Shown in pieces: positions 60,264-64,000 of a stretch of DNA of 64,000 bases. The DNA is taken from assembly GCA_965219445.1 (NCBI GenBank), contig CBDCNQ010000005.1:512001-576000 (forward strand), given 5' to 3'. The notes beneath the pieces were generated by a model. It made no database searches. It had not been told where the DNA came from and saw only the letters and a program-made list of their open reading frames with translations. This DNA is from Longimicrobiales bacterium. Lineage in GTDB: Bacteria; Gemmatimonadota; Gemmatimonadetes; Longimicrobiales; Gaopeijiaceae. Position 1 is the first letter of the stretch. Every line of letters begins with the position of its first letter. A program made the translations under genes and the position numbers.

Positions 60264-61004
60264 GAAGCCTACGACTTGTGCCGTACTGGAGCGTGCATGA
60301 GACGTTGGGGGTCGATGCACACAATGCACCCCTGAAGATGCGCACACGCCGGATTCACCTATCCCGTGCGGTCGCTTGGAGTTGCGTTCGTCGCCACCCG
60401 GTCGCCGGTGCCGCACTGGGCAGCACCGACGTGGAGGGGAGCGACCCCCCAGGCCGAGGGCCTGCTACGGGCGCGGGGCCAGGTGTGTTTTCACACGCTG
60501 GTTCCCGCCCTCCCCAGGGGTCGCTCCCGATCTAAGCATCCCTGGCGGGAAGGCCATAAGAGTGCCGCCGACGGGCGGATTGATGGGTCTGGCCTCTGGG
60601 TCTGCTCTCACCGGCCGCATGCGCTCTACAGTCGTCCGTGAAGCGGCGCCGATGCCCGAACTGGTCCGTGCGCCGACGGGCCGCCTCGACTTTGGTGCTG
60701 CTTCAAGGTGCATGAACTTCGCCTGCTCAGCCTCTCGGGCCACCTTGGTTCCCAGAGGCACGATTCTCGTATACCGCCATGCGTGGGGGCTCTTGGTGGA
60801 CCGATCAGGGCGGGTGGTGCGGTCACGGATGTTGACGATCCAGTCCAGGCATGGCAGGGCGGGACATCGACACTTGCGCGCACACCGACAAGGAGCGCGC
60901 TTCGCCCTACCCCTACCCCTCGGAGAATCCAGCCTTCGGAAGCCTCGGCCCGGCTCGCCGCTCACGTCGCCGAGGGCGTCGGGGCTCGTCACAACGAAGC
61001 AGAA

Positions 61005-61145
61005 GGTTGTCAACCGGCCGGCGGCGTTCGAGCAGCCGGTCGATCGCTTCGAGTTGCCGGAGAATCGGGACGGCCGCCAGCTGCCGGTCGATCTCGGCCA
61101 AGTGACGGCGGAGGATCCCGACGGCGATGTGTTGACGTACGACGT
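61005..61145 (+). pseudogene. Cadherin-like domain fragment
   Basis: NRPAAFEQ..FELPEN..LGQVTAEDPDGDVLTY. Confidence 0.55.
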
Positions 61146-61264
61146 CGGCCAGCGCCCCGCCGGTGTTGCTTGCCTGCCGCGCCTGCATTACGGTGCACAC
61201 GCGCACGTGCGGGCCATCGCCGGGCGTCCAGCCTGGTACATATCATCCACGGGAGGGCTCCACA

Positions 61265-64000
61265 GTGCTACGAACAGCAGCGGCTGCAAGTCTTTTGTTG
61301 GCCCTCGTCCAAGCGGGCGCGCTAACGGCGCAGGGCACGCTCAGTGGAACCGTAACATCCTCTGCGACGGGCACGCCCGTCGCTGGTGTGCAGGTGAGCC
61401 TGCCCGAACTGAGTAGGGGATCCATCAGTGGGGCCACCGGCACCTACGATATTCCCAACCTGCCGGCTGGTAGTCACGATGTCGTGTTCAACGTAATCGG
61501 TTATCGATCGGTGACCCAGCAGGTCACGATCGCCAACGGCGAGACCACCCAGCTGGATGTGACGCTTGAGGAGGAGGCAGTTCAGCTCGCAGGCTTGGTC
61601 GTGGTCGGCAGCCGGGCGCCGCCCAGGACGGTGACCGAATCTCCCGTCCCCGTGGACGTGGTCTCGACTACCGACCTCACTAGCCAGGGAACGGTCAACC
61701 TGCAGGACCAGCTCCGAACGGTGGTTCCGTCATTCAGCGTCAACACCCAGCCGATCAGCGACGCCTCCACCGTCGTTCGGCCGGCGATGCTGCGCAACCT
61801 GGCTCCGGACCATACCCTGGTCCTTGTCAACGGCAAGCGTCGCCACCGCTCTTCGATTATCGACTGGCACGGCGGCAACGGCGTGGCTTTCGGGTCGCAG
61901 GGACCCGACATCTCGGCCATTCCGGCCATCGCCCTGCGGCAGGTAGAAGTGCTGCGGGACGGCGCGGCCGCGCAGTACGGCTCGGACGCCATCGCCGGCG
62001 TGCTGAACTTCCAACTCAAGGACGCCGCATCCGGCGGCTCCTTGGAGTACGGCGCCGGCACGTTCGGTGACGGCGACGGCGAGGCGATGAACGTGGCCGC
62101 CAACGTCGGTCTGCCGCTGGGCACCCGCGGCTTCGCCAACCTCAGCCTGGAGTACGGCGGCTCGAACCCGACCAACCGCAGCGCGCCCCGCAGCGATGCA
62201 ATCGCGCTCATCGCCGCCGGCAACACAAGCGTGATGTCCGACACGCCGCAGGTCTGGGGCTCGCCAGACATCGACGACGATTTGAAGCTGTTCGGGAACT
62301 TCAGATACACCGCCGCCGCCGGCGTGCAGGTCTACGGCCATACCAACTACGCCAGCAAGAAGGTGACCGGCGGCTTCTTCTTCCGGAATCCGAACACGCG
62401 GGGCGGCGTCTTCAGCCTCGACAGCGGCCAGAGCCTGCTGATCGGCGACGTGCTGATGGCGAACGGGACGGGGTCGGCCAACTGCCCAACGGTGGCCATC
62501 ACCAACAACGTGGCCGATCCGGTCGCCCTGCAGCGGGTGTTCGACGACCCGAACTGCTTCTCGTTCCGCGAGCGATTTCCCGGCGGTTTCACGCCCAGCT
62601 TCGGGGGCGAGGCGCAGGACATGTCCGTGGTCGTCGGCGTGCGCGGCTTTACGGCCGAGGGGTTCAACTGGGATGTGAGCGCATCGCTCGGCGCACACGA
62701 GACCGACCTCTTCATCCAGAACACCGTTAACGCCTCACTCGGCCCCGACACGCCGACCACGTTCAACCTCGGCAGTAACCGGCAGCGCGACGTCGGTCTC
62801 AACGCCGACTTCTCCTACGCCGCGACCGACATGGTGAACATCGCGGCCGGGGCGGAATGGCGGAACGAGCAGTACCAGACCACCGTGGGCGATCCGGCAT
62901 CGTGGACGGTCGGCCCCTACGGCCGGGGACAGGGTTTCTCGGCCGGATCCAACGGATTCTTCGGTTACGGGCCGATGGCCGCCGGGACCTGGGGCCGCAG
63001 CAACGTCGCGCTCTACGGCGACATCGAGTTGAATGGGATCGAGCGCGACTGGACCGTCGGCTCCGCCGTTCGCATCGAGCACTTCGATGACTTCGGCACG
63101 ACGATGAATAGCAAGCTCTCCGGCCGCTTCCACTTCGTGCGCGCCAGCGTGAGCAGCGGGTTCCGCGCCCCGACACCGGGACAGCAGAACGGCTTCAACA
63201 TCTCGACCATCTTTGACCCGGCGCTCGGGGATCTGGTGAACAACGGCTCCATCCCGTCTACCTCGCCGTTGGCAGCACTGCGCGGCGGCCAGCCGCTCGC
63301 CCCAGAGAAGTCAATCAACTACACCGCCGGCGTCGTCTTCGATAACGGCCAGTTCACCTTCACGGCCGACTACTTCCGCATCAACGTATCGGACCGGATC
63401 GGGATCACGAGCAACTTCACCCTGACCGCCGACGAGATCGACACCCTGCTGGCCGAAGGCGTCGACGCCGCTCGCGACCTACGGCGGTTCCGGTTCTTCA
63501 CCAACGCGTTCGCGACGGCGTCGCAAGGTATCGATCTGGTATCGACCTTCACACCGCTCGCGCTGCGCGGCAACACCGTGATCAGCGCCATCTTCAACTA
63601 CACCGACACCGAGGTGACCGACAACGAGAAGGGGCTGCTCAACGACCGGCGGATGGCCGAGTTCGCCTACGCCTTGCCGCGCATCCGCTGGAACGTCGGT
63701 CTGACCCAGCAAGTCGGGCGGGTGAGCATTATCGGCCGGCTGAACTACTTCGGCGGCTGGTACGACTACGACAGCGGCTTCGCCGAGGTCTACCTGCCGT
63801 CGGGAGGCATCGAGCAGGGCTTCTTCGATGGCAAGCCGATCGTCGACTTGGAAGGGAGCATCGACCTCGTCGGCGGCGCAACGTTGGCCGTCGGCACGCA
63901 GAATGCGTTCAACACCTACCCGGACGAGAGCGCGCGGGCGATGTCCGTCGGCGAGAAGTACAGCGAATACACGCCGTGGGGCTTCAACGGCGCCTTCTAC
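61265..64000 (+). CDS. TonB-dependent receptor with N-terminal carboxypeptidase-regulatory-like domain (runs off the right edge)
   Basis: Not in the ORF track. GGAGG RBS then GTG 61265, signal peptide, GTVTSSATGTPVAG, LVVVGSR, plug motifs TLVLVNGKRRH and VEVLRDGAAAQYGSDAIAGVLN, SGFRAPT. Confidence 0.92.
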   Translation, partial: MLRTAAAASLLLALVQAGALTAQGTLSGTVTSSATGTPVAGVQVSLPELSRGSISGATGTYDIPNLPAGSHDVVFNVIGYRSVTQQVTIANGETTQLDVTLEEEAVQLAGLVVVGSRAPPRTVTESPVPVDVVSTTDLTSQGTVNLQDQLRTVVPSFSVNTQPISDASTVVRPAMLRNLAPDHTLVLVNGKRRHRSSIIDWHGGNGVAFGSQGPDISAIPAIALRQVEVLRDGAAAQYGSDAIAGVLNFQLKDAASGGSLEYGAGTFGDGDGEAMNVAANVGLPLGTRGFANLSLEYGGSNPTNRSAPRSDAIALIAAGNTSVMSDTPQVWGSPDIDDDLKLFGNFRYTAAAGVQVYGHTNYASKKVTGGFFFRNPNTRGGVFSLDSGQSLLIGDVLMANGTGSANCPTVAITNNVADPVALQRVFDDPNCFSFRERFPGGFTPSFGGEAQDMSVVVGVRGFTAEGFNWDVSASLGAHETDLFIQNTVNASLGPDTPTTFNLGSNRQRDVGLNADFSYAATDMVNIAAGAEWRNEQYQTTVGDPASWTVGPYGRGQGFSAGSNGFFGYGPMAAGTWGRSNVALYGDIELNGIERDWTVGSAVRIEHFDDFGTTMNSKLSGRFHFVRASVSSGFRAPTPGQQNGFNISTIFDPALGDLVNNGSIPSTSPLAALRGGQPLAPEKSINYTAGVVFDNGQFTFTADYFRINVSDRIGITSNFTLTADEIDTLLAEGVDAARDLRRFRFFTNAFATASQGIDLVSTFTPLALRGNTVISAIFNYTDTEVTDNEKGLLNDRRMAEFAYALPRIRWNVGLTQQVGRVSIIGRLNYFGGWYDYDSGFAEVYLPSGGIEQGFFDGKPIVDLEGSIDLVGGATLAVGTQNAFNTYPDESARAMSVGEKYSEYTPWGFNGAFY

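Noticed and set aside
1..64000. CRISPR array, rRNA or intact tRNA
   Set aside because: I saw no regularly spaced short repeats, cas genes, rRNA signatures or complete cloverleaf by eye.

Overview
A GC-rich bacterial accessory region, heavily reworked by IS elements. The gene style (ADOP-type ABC permeases, TolC/MFP/sigma-54 efflux operon, G-rich NRPS, TonB receptor) suggests Gemmatimonadota or Acidobacteriota; this is inference only. 1-27.6 kb: an NRPS cluster. It has three minus-strand NRPS genes built from near-identical modules that differ almost only in the A-domain specificity subdomain, plus MbtH, a SyrB2-like halogenase, a catalytically divergent EPSP-synthase homologue, homocitrate-synthase-like, MmgE/PrpD and SDR enzymes, a decayed PPTase and an IS-truncated dual-E/C NRPS. 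The cluster is split by a nested IS21>IS256>IS110 stack. The IS110 (IS1111-type) element sits in the left terminal repeat of the IS256, and its downstream non-coding region carries readable target and donor guide sequences (bridge/seek RNA). 28-40.6 kb: a MacAB-TolC-like efflux locus with a two-component system and broken permeases. 40.7-48 kb: IS remnants and a B12 radical-SAM gene between two half-tRNA scars. 48.5-60.6 kb: an outer-membrane protein and a degenerate integrative/conjugative mosaic with an integrase, a T4CP fragment, a triplicated orphan gene with a conserved oriT-like structured tail, and a Hachiman-like nuclease-helicase pair. 61.3-64 kb: a TonB-dependent receptor running off the window.
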